In this document: positions 1 to 8,223 of the stretch, piece after piece
Position numbering within the stretch: the first letter of the stretch is position 1
Layout of the letters: each line of letters starts with the position of its first letter
From: an uncultured Gammaproteobacteria bacterium
GTDB taxonomy: Bacteria > Pseudomonadota > Gammaproteobacteria > JAURND01
Reading direction: 5' to 3'
NCBI GenBank assembly: GCA_963714975.1
Contig: CAVQQD010000003.1
Location: 640,001 to 704,000 of the forward strand
Length of the DNA stretch: 64,000 nucleotides
Notes under the pieces: model-generated
Database searches by the model: none
Seen by the model: the letters and a program-made list of their open reading frames with translations, nothing else
Told to the model about the DNA's origin: nothing
Program-made: the position numbers and the translations under genes

Positions 1-6
1 GCTTGT

Positions 7-41
7 GAGATTGCCACGTCGCTTCGCTCCTCGCAATGACA
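7..41 (-). repeat. TGTC/CGTC-tagged REP-like palindrome
   Basis: Reverse complement reads TGTCATTGCGAGGAGCGAAGCGACGTGGCAATCTC, a hairpin with a GCGAAGC loop and the same TGTCAT...ATCTC frame as 679-707. Confidence 0.7.
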
Positions 42-85
42 GTGCAGGGACAACGTGCCTTATATAAAAATAATAGGAGCAAATC

Positions 86-487
86 ATGAATACTATGCAA
101 CTGAGAGTCCCCGTCGTTGAAGATAATAAAATGGCTAGCAAAGGGGCTGACTCTATCCTCACCGCAGCAAACTGCCAAGTAGATTTAGCTATGAATGGCA
201 CCCAAGCCCTTCAATTATTTTCCAATCGTTATGACCTAGTCTTACTTGATCTTGGACTCCCGGATTATTATGGCCTTGATTTGGCCCAACTTATGCGTAA
301 GCATTTAAGTGGCAATGCCAATGTGCCGATTGTTATTTTGTCCGCCCATGCCGTGCATGAGGAAAGCTGCTACACGCGAGCAAAGGCATTAAAACTCAAT
401 GGACTATTCGACAAGCCTTTTACCGATGAATTATGCGCGAGGTTATTAGCAGGAGTGCAAAAAGGGGAGACGGATTTTTGGGAATAG
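86..487 (+). CDS. Single-domain response regulator (CheY-like receiver)
   Basis: VVEDN, DLVLLDLGLPD (phospho-Asp), PIVILSA and KPF motifs; RBS AGGAG. Confidence 0.9.
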   Translation: MNTMQLRVPVVEDNKMASKGADSILTAANCQVDLAMNGTQALQLFSNRYDLVLLDLGLPDYYGLDLAQLMRKHLSGNANVPIVILSAHAVHEESCYTRAKALKLNGLFDKPFTDELCARLLAGVQKGETDFWE

Positions 488-494
488 CGTGCAA

Positions 495-523
495 ATCCCT
501 TCTCCCCCAAGGGGAGAAGGGAT
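495..523. repeat. Family A palindrome (CCTTCTCCC...GGGAGAAGG), possible terminator
   Basis: ATCCCTTCTCCCC-CAA-GGGGAGAAGGGAT perfect 13-bp stem just after a stop codon. Confidence 0.8.
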
Positions 524-578
524 AAACACTCTGGGACTACGGTATTGTGCGTTCCGCTGTTTCTTTTAATATGAGTTC

Positions 579-677
579 ATGACTCATGAGCTAAAAACAA
601 AAAACAAGAATACCCGGACTGATTTTGATCGTCCTTGGAAATACGGTTTAGGATTATATTTTCGTGAGCCTCCCTAG
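579..677 (+). pseudogene. N-terminal fragment of a Rpn-like PD-(D/E)XK nuclease gene
   Basis: Translates [32 protein letters not shown]; D(F/Y)DxPWK..YF.E resembles the start of Rpn-like/DUF4351 proteins; ends 1 bp before the palindrome at 679. Confidence 0.6.
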
Positions 678-678
678 G

Positions 679-707
679 TGTCATCCCGAGCGCAGCGAGG
701 GATCTCA
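679..707 (+). repeat. REP-like palindrome, left copy (family C)
   Basis: TGTCATCCCGAGCGCAGCGAGGGATCTCA; inverted copy at 1249-1277 differs at 1 of 29 positions. Confidence 0.9.
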
Positions 708-712
708 GGAAT

Positions 713-942
713 GTGGCAAAGCATTTGGTTAATCCCATTGTTCCATTTGCAAATAATCAAGCAGAGCGTGATATACGCATGATGAAGTGTAAACAGAAAA
801 TCTCCGGTGGCTTTCGATCACTAAAGAGAGCTGAAATATTTGCGCGTCTTCGTGGCTTATTTCAACCAGGCAAAAACAGGGTTGGAACGCTTTTTAATTA
901 ATTCAACAAGTGGTTCGTGGCAGTGTGCCGATGTTGGCTTAA
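713..942 (+). pseudogene. IS66-family transposase C-terminal remnant
   Basis: [27 protein letters not shown], then a frameshift into [12 protein letters not shown]; no N-terminal part. Confidence 0.85.
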
Positions 943-953
943 AGGGTTAGGTA

Positions 954-1244
954 ATGAGCAAGGAATATTACATTTATTTATTAACGAATCAAAACCTAAA
1001 TGTGCTTTATACGGGTGTGACCAATAACCTGATACGACGTGTATATGAACATAAAAACAAAATGGTTGATGGATTTACTAAACAATATAATGTGGATCGT
1101 TTAGTTTATTATGAGACTTATTCAGAAATATACGATGCAATCACAAGAGAAAAACAAATTAAAAAATGGTCACGAAAAAAGAAAAATGACTTAATCAATC
1201 AAATGAATCCCCAATGGGGAGATCTGTATGAGACTCTTCTTTAA
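954..1244 (+). CDS. Small stand-alone GIY-YIG nuclease
   Basis: YYIYLL...LYTGVTNNLIRRVYEH...AITREKQIKKWSR...NPQWGDL; intact 96 aa. Confidence 0.92.
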   Translation: MSKEYYIYLLTNQNLNVLYTGVTNNLIRRVYEHKNKMVDGFTKQYNVDRLVYYETYSEIYDAITREKQIKKWSRKKKNDLINQMNPQWGDLYETLL

Positions 1245-1248
1245 ACAG

Positions 1249-1277
1249 TGAGATCCCTCGCTTCGCTCGGGATGACA
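1249..1277 (-). repeat. REP-like palindrome, right copy (family C)
   Basis: Reverse complement TGTCATCCCGAGCGAAGCGAGGGATCTCA, starting 4 bp after the GIY-YIG stop. Confidence 0.9.
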
Positions 1278-1365
1278 GCTTCGTTTTGATTGGCTTATTG
1301 CTCTTCCCAAAGAGCAAGAGCCAATATACAATCAATCAATAAAAAACATCGAGGAGAAACAACAC

Positions 1366-1644
1366 ATGAGATTTATTACTACTCCTGAGAGAGTTGGGAT
1401 TGAAAAAGGGTTTCGACGAGGTTTAAAAGCTGGCAAACGATATATTGCCACTGCAAAGAGACTTGGCATTGCAAAGGGGATCCAGCAAGGTGAATCTAAT
1501 TTATTACTTCGTCTCTTAGTGCGTCGCTTTCATGGTATCCCTCCGACTTATCTGGCTCGAATTCAACAAGCAAGCGCTGAAACTCTTTTAATCTGGGGTG
1601 AACGTATTTTTGATGCTTCCCGCTTAGAAGAGGTATTTCTTTAA
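1366..1644 (+). CDS. DUF4351/Rpn C-terminal domain protein, the remaining 3' part of a split Rpn-like gene
   Basis: MRFITTPER, GIQQGE..LLLRLL.RRF, LLIWGERIFDASRLEEVF; the frame extends upstream to 1279 (LRFDWLIALPKEQEPIYNQSIKNIEEKQH); RBS GAGGAG. Confidence 0.8.
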   Translation: MRFITTPERVGIEKGFRRGLKAGKRYIATAKRLGIAKGIQQGESNLLLRLLVRRFHGIPPTYLARIQQASAETLLIWGERIFDASRLEEVFL

Positions 1645-1658
1645 TTTAACACTCACAT

Positions 1659-1687
1659 CGTCGTCCCGCGGCTTGTCCGCGGGACGA
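1659..1687 (+). repeat. CGTC-tagged palindrome
   Basis: CGTCGTCCCGCGG-CTTGT-CCGCGGGACGA. Confidence 0.7.
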
Positions 1688-1711
1688 AAGCTGAGACTGC
1701 AGGAGGCAAGG

Positions 1712-3703
1712 ATGCATGAAAATTTGATTTTAAATGGCAAAAAACGGCTTGTAATCGAGCAAGTTTATCCAGAGGTCAATTGCGGCCGGTTTCCAGTAAA
1801 GCGCTGTGTTAATGATCTTATGGTGGTTGAGGCCACACTATTTGCTGAAGGTCATGATGAGTTGGGAGCGGAATTAAAATTTCGCGAAGCCAACACGCCG
1901 CATTGGCAAGCCGTACCATTTCAAGCTTTAGGGAACGATCGCTGGCGAGCAGAGTTTAAAATTAATCACATGGGCGTGGTTTATTACACCATCACTGCTT
2001 GGATTGATCATTTTCATTCTTGGCGACGTGATTTGGAGCGGTGGCTACCGACCACGCAGGATATTTCTGTTGAATTATTAATGGGAGTGAATTTAATTCG
2101 TTCTGCCAGTCTCAGGGCCGCTGGGCATGATGCTCAGCGCTTGAGCCAGTTGGCCAATATTTTAGCAGATCAACATGATAAACAGGCCGCAATTGAATTG
2201 GCGTTTAGTCAGGAATTGCTGTCATTAATGACCAGCTATCCTGACCTAGAAACTGCAGTGACTTATGATAAAGAATTAATGATTGTCGTCGATCGAGTCA
2301 AGGCTCGCTTTAGCAGTTGGTATGAGCTTTTTCCTCGTTCTTTGGGCGCCAATGGCCAGCACGGCAACTTGCAAGATCTTATTGGGCATTTACCCTATAT
2401 TGCTGCAATGGGATTTGACGTAGTTTATTTACCGCCGATTCATCCGATAGGACTTACTTTTCGCAAAGGTAAAAATAATTTATTGCAGGCAGAGCCTGAT
2501 GAACCTGGGAGCCCTTGGGCTATTGGAAGTCCCGAAGGAGGCCATCAAGCGATTCATCCGCAATTAGGCAATTTGCAGGATTTCCAACAATTAATTCGGG
2601 AAGCTGCAAACTATAATCTGGAAATTGCCCTGGATTTTGCTTTGCAATGCACTCCAGATCATCCCTATGTTAGCCAACATCCAGAATGGTTTAAATCTAG
2701 ACCAGATGGAACAATCCAATATGCCGAAAACCCACCTAAAAAATATCAGGACATTTATCCACTAAATTTTCAGTCTGAAAATTGGTGTGATCTTTGGAAT
2801 GAATGTAAAAATATTTTATTGTTTTGGCTAGAGCAGGGGGTGAAGATATTTCGTGTCGATAATCCCCACACTAAACCGTTTATTTTTTGGGAATGGTTAA
2901 TTGCTGAAATTAAACAAATGTACCCAGAAGTTATTTTTTTATCTGAGGCATTCACGCGACAAAATATTATGTATTATCTGGCCAAATTGGGTTTTACTCA
3001 GTCTTACAGTTATTTTTCCTGGCGTAATACCAAGCGTGAAATAATGGATTATTTCACTGAGTTGACGCATTCTCCAGTGCGCGAATATTTTCGACCCAAT
3101 CTCTGGCCCAATACCCCGGATATATTATCGGAATACTTACAAACCGGGCAGCGCGGAGCTTTTATCACCCGCTTGGTGCTGGCAGCTACTTTAGGGGCCA
3201 ATTATGGAATTTATGGCCCTGCTTTTGAATTATGCATTGCTGAGCCTCGAGAGTTGGGTGGTGAAGAATATCTGAATTCCGAAAAATATGAATTAAAGCC
3301 TTGGGATCTCAATCATCCCAATAGTTTAAAAGATATCATCGCCCTGGTGAATAAAATTCGCCAAGAAAATCCCAGCTTGCAACAGGATTGGAATTTAAAA
3401 TTTTATCCGATCGATAATGAACAATTGATTTGCTATAGTAAATTTCTTGGCGCTAATGTGATTATTGTTATCGTCAATTTAGATGTTCATTATCTTCAAA
3501 CAGGTTGGGTTGAATTACCACTAGAAGAATTAGGCGTAGCTGCTGAAAAAGCATATTGGGTGGAAGACTTACTGGGCCGTCAACGCTATTTATGGCATGG
3601 CAGCCGTAATTATGTTGAATTGGATCCGAATAAGTTGCCGGCGCATATTTTTCGACTTTCTCCGCACGTCCACCGAGAAAAGGATTTTGAGGGGTATGAG
3701 TAA
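1712..3703 (+). CDS. glgE: Alpha-1,4-glucan:maltose-1-phosphate maltosyltransferase
   Basis: WYELFPRS, YLPPIHPIG, YAENPPKKYQDIYP, FRVDNPHTKP, WPNTPDIL; start moved to ATG 1712 behind AGGAGG. Confidence 0.95.
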   Translation: MHENLILNGKKRLVIEQVYPEVNCGRFPVKRCVNDLMVVEATLFAEGHDELGAELKFREANTPHWQAVPFQALGNDRWRAEFKINHMGVVYYTITAWIDHFHSWRRDLERWLPTTQDISVELLMGVNLIRSASLRAAGHDAQRLSQLANILADQHDKQAAIELAFSQELLSLMTSYPDLETAVTYDKELMIVVDRVKARFSSWYELFPRSLGANGQHGNLQDLIGHLPYIAAMGFDVVYLPPIHPIGLTFRKGKNNLLQAEPDEPGSPWAIGSPEGGHQAIHPQLGNLQDFQQLIREAANYNLEIALDFALQCTPDHPYVSQHPEWFKSRPDGTIQYAENPPKKYQDIYPLNFQSENWCDLWNECKNILLFWLEQGVKIFRVDNPHTKPFIFWEWLIAEIKQMYPEVIFLSEAFTRQNIMYYLAKLGFTQSYSYFSWRNTKREIMDYFTELTHSPVREYFRPNLWPNTPDILSEYLQTGQRGAFITRLVLAATLGANYGIYGPAFELCIAEPRELGGEEYLNSEKYELKPWDLNHPNSLKDIIALVNKIRQENPSLQQDWNLKFYPIDNEQLICYSKFLGANVIIVIVNLDVHYLQTGWVELPLEELGVAAEKAYWVEDLLGRQRYLWHGSRNYVELDPNKLPAHIFRLSPHVHREKDFEGYE

Positions 3704-3732
3704 ATCCTCCTTAATCCCCCTTTTTCCAGGGG
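3701..3732. repeat. Family B palindrome (AAATCCCCC..CCCCTTT..AAAGGGG), degenerate
   Basis: TAAATCCTCCTTAATCCCCCTTTTTCCAGGGG, similar to 5891, 7849 and 42831. Confidence 0.6.
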
Positions 3733-3754
3733 AAAATTATTTTGGTTCTATGTA

Positions 3755-3824
3755 GAATCGAGTGGGTAGATTATCCTTCTCCCCTTGTGGGAGAAGGATA
3801 ATCTCCCAGTTACCCACTCGATTC
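3755..3824. repeat. Family A palindrome nested in an outer inverted repeat
   Basis: Outer arms GAATCGAGTGGGTA / TACCCACTCGATTC around AGATTATCCTTCTCCC...GGGAGAAGGATAATCT. Confidence 0.8.
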
Positions 3825-3870
3825 CACCTTATCCTTCTGCAATGCCAGTTCGTGCTAAAAAATGATTGGC

Positions 3871-3903
3871 GTTAATAGTTCATTAAGTATTGTTTGGTAA
3901 GAT
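3871..3903 (+). promoter_or_regulatory. PmrA-type box with -10 element
   Basis: gTTAATagT-N2-aTTAAGtaT-N7-TAAGAT fits the Legionella/Coxiella cTTAATatT-N2-cTTAATatT-N7-(-10) layout. Confidence 0.65.
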
Positions 3904-3943
3904 ACTAGCTTATAGGTGACCTCCCCAGGCGTCCTCCCTCAGT

Positions 3944-3968
3944 TCATCCCGAGCGGAGCGAGGGATCT
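3944..3968 (+). repeat. Third family C REP-like copy
   Basis: TCATCCCGAGCGGAGCGAGGGATCT, differing from 679 only at the loop base. Confidence 0.85.
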
Positions 3969-4043
3969 GTGGGGAGAAATGAAAGTTTTTAAAATCTAAT
4001 AACAGATTTTTGTAGAATGACCGTTAAATAGGGGGTGTAGTTT

Positions 4044-4856
4044 ATGTCTCAACAGACTAAAGAATTTAAGTTGGTGCAAGATTGCTATAATGCGGTTAAG
4101 GGGGCCTACGCATCCAAATGGAATAACCTAATAGCTAATCAAGACTTCAATAAAGTAGAGCAGCAATATCAAGATATTTTAGCACTGGAAGAAGCAGGAA
4201 CCCCTATCTCTACAGAGGACTTGCTGGGATTTAGTGATGCGGTAGATCGTGCAGATACAGATGGAAGAATTACTGTGAGCAGCCCAGCTTATCTGAACTT
4301 AGAGAAAGCTACTCAAGGTGCTCAACAGAACTATTTGAGTCAATTTGAGAGCTTTAATAATACAGTCCCCCTTGATACAAGTTCATCGTCATTAGGTGGT
4401 GGCAAGGATTTTTCAGATTTGTCTGGGACAATAGATGAGCAAGAGAAAACCGATACCCCTAGCTGTCTATCATGGTTTTTTGGTTCCACAAAAGAAACAC
4501 TAGCCAAAGCAGCTGACACGGTTGGAGAACACCCTAAAACAATAATAGGCGGCACTTTGGCTGCAATGGGGCTTTCGTTATTAGGCACTTACCTCTATGA
4601 CCATTTTAAAGGTACGGATGCTTTTAATTTTTTCACCGACAATCGTGTTTGGGATGCTAATTCGATACAAAAAGGCTTTGAAACCGTCGGTGGGATTTAT
4701 GGTCCAGTTTTGGTGGGTGTGATAGTGCTGGCAATGTGGGCGGCTTCTAGGATTCGTTCGAATGCTAAGGTGGAGCCTGCTGAACAACCCAGCCAAATGG
4801 AGGTAAATTCTCCTATGTTTCCATCTCCATCAGGCAGGGTTGAGCAACTAGGTTAA
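4044..4856 (+). CDS. Hypothetical protein with two C-terminal hydrophobic segments; candidate Dot/Icm effector; paralog of 6246..7739
   Basis: 270-aa ORF; shares CYNAVK and GTYLYD...AFNFF.DNRVW...GFETV.GIYG with the 497-aa ORF; PmrA-type box upstream. Confidence 0.75.
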   Translation: MSQQTKEFKLVQDCYNAVKGAYASKWNNLIANQDFNKVEQQYQDILALEEAGTPISTEDLLGFSDAVDRADTDGRITVSSPAYLNLEKATQGAQQNYLSQFESFNNTVPLDTSSSSLGGGKDFSDLSGTIDEQEKTDTPSCLSWFFGSTKETLAKAADTVGEHPKTIIGGTLAAMGLSLLGTYLYDHFKGTDAFNFFTDNRVWDANSIQKGFETVGGIYGPVLVGVIVLAMWAASRIRSNAKVEPAEQPSQMEVNSPMFPSPSGRVEQLG

Positions 4857-5039
4857 GCCTTCTGCAATTAGGTCATCCGCTGCAATTTCGCATTTCAGTC
4901 TCTTTGTCCCAGTGCCTCGAGGGTCTGGATCCAGACCCGCTTTTCCTCTTTACACCTAACGTCCAAAACGTTAGCATACCTACAATTCAAACCGTTAGAG
5001 CTAGACCCGTGGACATTCTTACATTCAACCAGCAACTCC

Positions 5040-5714
5040 TTGAGGGGAAAATTGATCAACCCGGGTTATTTCCTCATTTGGAAAGTCTCAAAGCTTCTCA
5101 GCCGTCGCATTAAAGTGCTGCGGAAACCCTGCAAATACCACTTCTCCAACTTACTGGTCGCTCTGGCGTATCATCCCGCCAGGATTCGGCATATTAATGA
5201 TTTTGCGCAATTAAATGCACAAGAACAAAGCGTATTCTATGAATGGTTGATAGCGCAGGAGCCAATGCGCTGTTCCGCTATTGCGGGTACGGAACTTCTA
5301 GCGCCCTTGGCGTTTTGGCAAAATCAACAACATGAAATTGATTTTGTTGCTACTCCGACGCATTTCATCGAAGTAAAAAGAGGCGCTTGTTCAGCATTAG
5401 AATTTGGATGGTTCCCAAAAATATTTGGTAATACGGAGTTAATGGTAATAAACAAAAACTCTTTTAACCTAGATTCGGCAGTAGAAACCGTAGCGAGAGG
5501 GATTAAGACGTTGAAGATCTTGATTATTTTTAAGTTTTTTTCTTGAAGGCGTACTCACCCGTACGGTGAAAGAAAAAAATATAAAAATAAGCGGGAGATT
5601 CAATGTATTAAGCCCTCGCAGTAGGTTTCTACTGCCGAATCTAGGTTTAAGGCTGGGAACATGCAGGGCTTAACGTTGGAACAATTTTTGCAGAGTTCAT
5701 TTCATCTAATTTAA
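5040..5714 (+). pseudogene. 5'-truncated AAA+/DUF4143-type ATP-binding protein remnant, interrupted by a 178-bp element
   Basis: RKPCKYHF, FWQNQQHEIDFV, FIEVKRG; removing 5468-5650 restores INKNSFKAGNMQGLTLEQFLQSSFHLI*; no P-loop present. Confidence 0.6.
5468..5645. mobile_element. 178-bp palindromic MITE/RPE-like insertion
   Basis: Terminal inverted repeats CCTAGATTCGGCAGTAGAAACC / GGTTTCTACTGCCGAATCTAGG, TTTAA on both sides, central CGTAC-TCACCC-GTACG hairpin. Confidence 0.85.
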
Positions 5715-5787
5715 TTGACCAGTAGCAGGTCTCCTCAATACAATTAAGCCATGGTTGAAAGGGGCAATGCCATCGGTTTGTGCTCTT

Positions 5788-5946
5788 TGTAGGGGGCAAA
5801 AATAATTTCCCCCTTTGAAAAAGGGGGATTAAGGGGGATTTAAAAAGTTGAGGATACTCGCGTTATTTTCGTTAGTACTCAATGCTTCTTTAAATCCCTC
5901 CTAACCTCCCTTTTCCAAAAGGAGGGATTATTTTTGTCCCCCTACA
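5788..5946. repeat. Family B inverted doublet with outer arms
   Basis: TGTAGGGGGCAAAAATAAT...CCCCCTTTGAAAAAGGGGGATTAAGGGGGATTTAAA, mirrored by TTTAAATCCCTCCTAACCTCCCTTTTCCAAAAGGAGGG...ATTATTTTTGTCCCCCTACA. Confidence 0.85.
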
Positions 5947-5973
5947 GAGGCTTGTGCTAGGAAAATATTTGGT

Positions 5974-6006
5974 GTTAATAGTTCATTAAGAATTGCCTAG
6001 TAAGAT
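5974..6006 (+). promoter_or_regulatory. PmrA-type box with -10 element
   Basis: gTTAATagT-N2-aTTAAGaaT-N7-TAAGAT, nearly identical to 3871-3903. Confidence 0.65.
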
Positions 6007-6023
6007 ACAAATTATCGCTTTTG

Positions 6024-6174
6024 CCTCTCCCCTTGTGGGAGAGGCCGCCGCGCCGTAAGGCGCGCGGGTGAGGGGTAAGCAACAGTTAGCATTTAGCTAA
6101 TAAAATGCTTCTTGCTGTTTTCAAGTTTACCCCTCATCCGCCCTTCGGGCACCTTCTCCCACAAGGGGAGAAGG
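6024..6174. repeat. Family A inverted doublet
   Basis: CCTCTCCCCTTGTGGGAGAGG...GGGTGAGGGGTAA, then TTACCCCTCATCCG...CCTTCTCCCACAAGGGGAGAAGG. Confidence 0.85.
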
Positions 6175-6245
6175 ATTTTTACACACAAAGGAGGGTGAAT
6201 GATTACGATTTTTAAATGTAATAACCATACGAAGAGGATTAATTT

Positions 6246-7739
6246 ATGGCTCAAGAGCAAAGAGTAGAATTTAGTAAGCTAAAGGCGGTCATGGACCGGA
6301 TTCTGAAGTCCAACCCGTCAGAGTTGGACTTTTGGTCGGAAGACTCTACGTTTATCGCTATACAAACCCTTTATGTAAGACTGCAAGCAAGTCAGGTCGA
6401 TAGCGTCTCTAGCGTCTCTGTTGACGAAGCGGGTCGATTTCTTAATTTGATAAATTGGGCAGGGGAGAAAGCAATTTCAAAACAGGACCCTGTCTTTCAG
6501 GGCTTAGAGCAGGCTATTGCTGCAGCAAAGGGCGGCTCTTCCGTTGACGTTCCAAAACATCAAGGTTCAGGATTTAACTTTAATAGCAGTAGTCATGTCT
6601 CCCCGTTGGTTGATGCTAAGAGCTCGAAGGATCACTTACGTTTTCCACCATTGCGTCGTCGTGTCAGCTACGGCGCTATGAAAAACCCCCAGTCTCCCCT
6701 AGCATTTGAGAAAGAGGACTCAGAATTATCAGAATCAGATGAGGTTCAAGCTCCAGATCAAACTATAGATTTCAAGCTGATAGAGGAATGCTATAACGCG
6801 GTTAAGCAGCGCCACCCCGATTGGGAGGCTTTACTAAAAAAGGAATTAAGCGAAATTGTTGAGTCGTCTGGGGAGCCTGATGAAGATGACCCTGCAGAAG
6901 GCACATTCTATTTAGTAGATAAGCTATATAACAAAATCGCAGCACAGCACAGAGCTGATCTTCTCATTACTAGAAAACAAGCGGAAAAGTTTCTTGGCGC
7001 CGTACTTGATGTAGAAGCTGATGATTTTTACACAAATAAAACCTATAAGGCCTTAAAACAGGCTATTAATCCCCTAGTATCGAGCAATTATAGGGGGTCG
7101 TTGCTTGTAGAACATGAGAGCTTCTTTGCTAACTACTTATTGCCTCGAAGCGATCCCAGAGCGCCGTGGCAGCCCCCCATAATAACCGGCAGTGGCTTCC
7201 AGCGCATAGCATATCAAATCCCATCAACGCAGGATGAAAATTTTAGAAATCCTAGAGCTAAAGATTCCCATACCCCCACCTGTTGTGCGTTTTTTCACTT
7301 CAAAAACAGAACAGCAGACAAAGCAGCAATATTAGTCCATAAGCTCAAAAAGAAAAAAACCGTAGCAGTTAGTCTAGGCGTAATGGCCTCTTCGGTCTTG
7401 GGCACTTACCTCTATGATCGTGCTCACGGAACTGAGGCTTTTAATTTTTTCTCTGACAATCGCGTTTGGAATGCTGATTCTGTGCGTGGAGGATTTGAGA
7501 CTGTCGCTGGAATTTATGGTTCAGTCATAGTTGGGATGACAGTGCTATTATTGCTGGCAAGTTGGGTTTTGCGGGATCGTTTGAAGTCTTTGGATGATTC
7601 GGCGCGGCTTGAAGATAGTAAAAAAATGACAGGGGAAGAAGTAGGAAGCCAAAGTTCGAACGACTTTACTGGGGTTGGGGACAGCTTAAACGATATCGAG
7701 CCTGAGGATGTAGTATTCATAAAAGAATCCTCCTCCTGA
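6246..7739 (+). CDS. Hypothetical protein with two C-terminal hydrophobic segments and an acidic tail; candidate Dot/Icm effector
   Basis: 497-aa ORF, RBS GAGG, paralogous to 4044..4856, ends DIEPEDVVFIKESSS. Confidence 0.75.
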   Translation: MAQEQRVEFSKLKAVMDRILKSNPSELDFWSEDSTFIAIQTLYVRLQASQVDSVSSVSVDEAGRFLNLINWAGEKAISKQDPVFQGLEQAIAAAKGGSSVDVPKHQGSGFNFNSSSHVSPLVDAKSSKDHLRFPPLRRRVSYGAMKNPQSPLAFEKEDSELSESDEVQAPDQTIDFKLIEECYNAVKQRHPDWEALLKKELSEIVESSGEPDEDDPAEGTFYLVDKLYNKIAAQHRADLLITRKQAEKFLGAVLDVEADDFYTNKTYKALKQAINPLVSSNYRGSLLVEHESFFANYLLPRSDPRAPWQPPIITGSGFQRIAYQIPSTQDENFRNPRAKDSHTPTCCAFFHFKNRTADKAAILVHKLKKKKTVAVSLGVMASSVLGTYLYDRAHGTEAFNFFSDNRVWNADSVRGGFETVAGIYGSVIVGMTVLLLLASWVLRDRLKSLDDSARLEDSKKMTGEEVGSQSSNDFTGVGDSLNDIEPEDVVFIKESSS

Positions 7740-7767
7740 CAGGAAGAGCCTAAAGCCATTTCAAAGA

Positions 7768-7814
7768 CCCTCATCCGGCCTGCGGCCACCTTCTCCCACT
7801 TTGTGGGAGAAGGG
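7768..7814. repeat. Family A element
   Basis: CCCTCATCCGGCCTGCGGCCACCTTCTCCCACTTTGTGGGAGAAGGG. Confidence 0.8.
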
Positions 7815-7848
7815 ATTACGACGGGCTCTGCGGCTACCTTTCTCTCCA

Positions 7849-7887
7849 AAATCCACCTACCTCACCCCCTTTTTCAAAGGGGGGATT
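7849..7887. repeat. Family B element
   Basis: AAATCCACCTACCTCACCCCCTTTTTCAAAGGGGGGATT. Confidence 0.7.
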
Positions 7888-7912
7888 ACCTTTCCCCGTG
7901 AACGCTTTTAAT

Positions 7913-7932
7913 TGATAATGATTATCATTGAC
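7913..7932 (+). promoter_or_regulatory. Fur box
   Basis: TGATAAT-G-ATTATCA perfect 7-1-7 palindrome about 35 bp upstream of feoA. Confidence 0.9.
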
Positions 7933-7962
7933 AGTAAACTCCCTATCAATACATAATACTTC

Positions 7963-8223
7963 ATGCGAATTAGAGATCTTAAATGTGGGGAGACAGCAAG
8001 CATCATCGGTTTCGAGGATGGGGAGCCGGCTTATCGCCACAAATTATTAACTATGGGGTTAACGCCAGGCACGGTCATCACCTTGTCTCGAGTGGCTCCT
8101 TTAGGGGATCCCATAGAAATCCTAGTCCGCGATTATTCCTTAAGTTTGCGAAAAGTAGAAGCGGGTATCTTACGGCTCGGGCCTCAGGGATCCGAGGGCA
8201 CGGGCCGAAGGGGTGGCGCGTAG
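7963..8223 (+). CDS. feoA: Ferrous iron transport protein A
   Basis: KLLTMGLTPG...RVAPLGDPIEI...LSLRKVEA; the C-terminal tail runs into a GC-rich hairpin. Confidence 0.93.
   Translation: MRIRDLKCGETASIIGFEDGEPAYRHKLLTMGLTPGTVITLSRVAPLGDPIEILVRDYSLSLRKVEAGILRLGPQGSEGTGRRGGA

Noticed and set aside
4860-5113. ORF 4904..5113 and a possible short antisense ORF
   Set aside because: No RBS or motif support, and the antisense frame has an internal stop.
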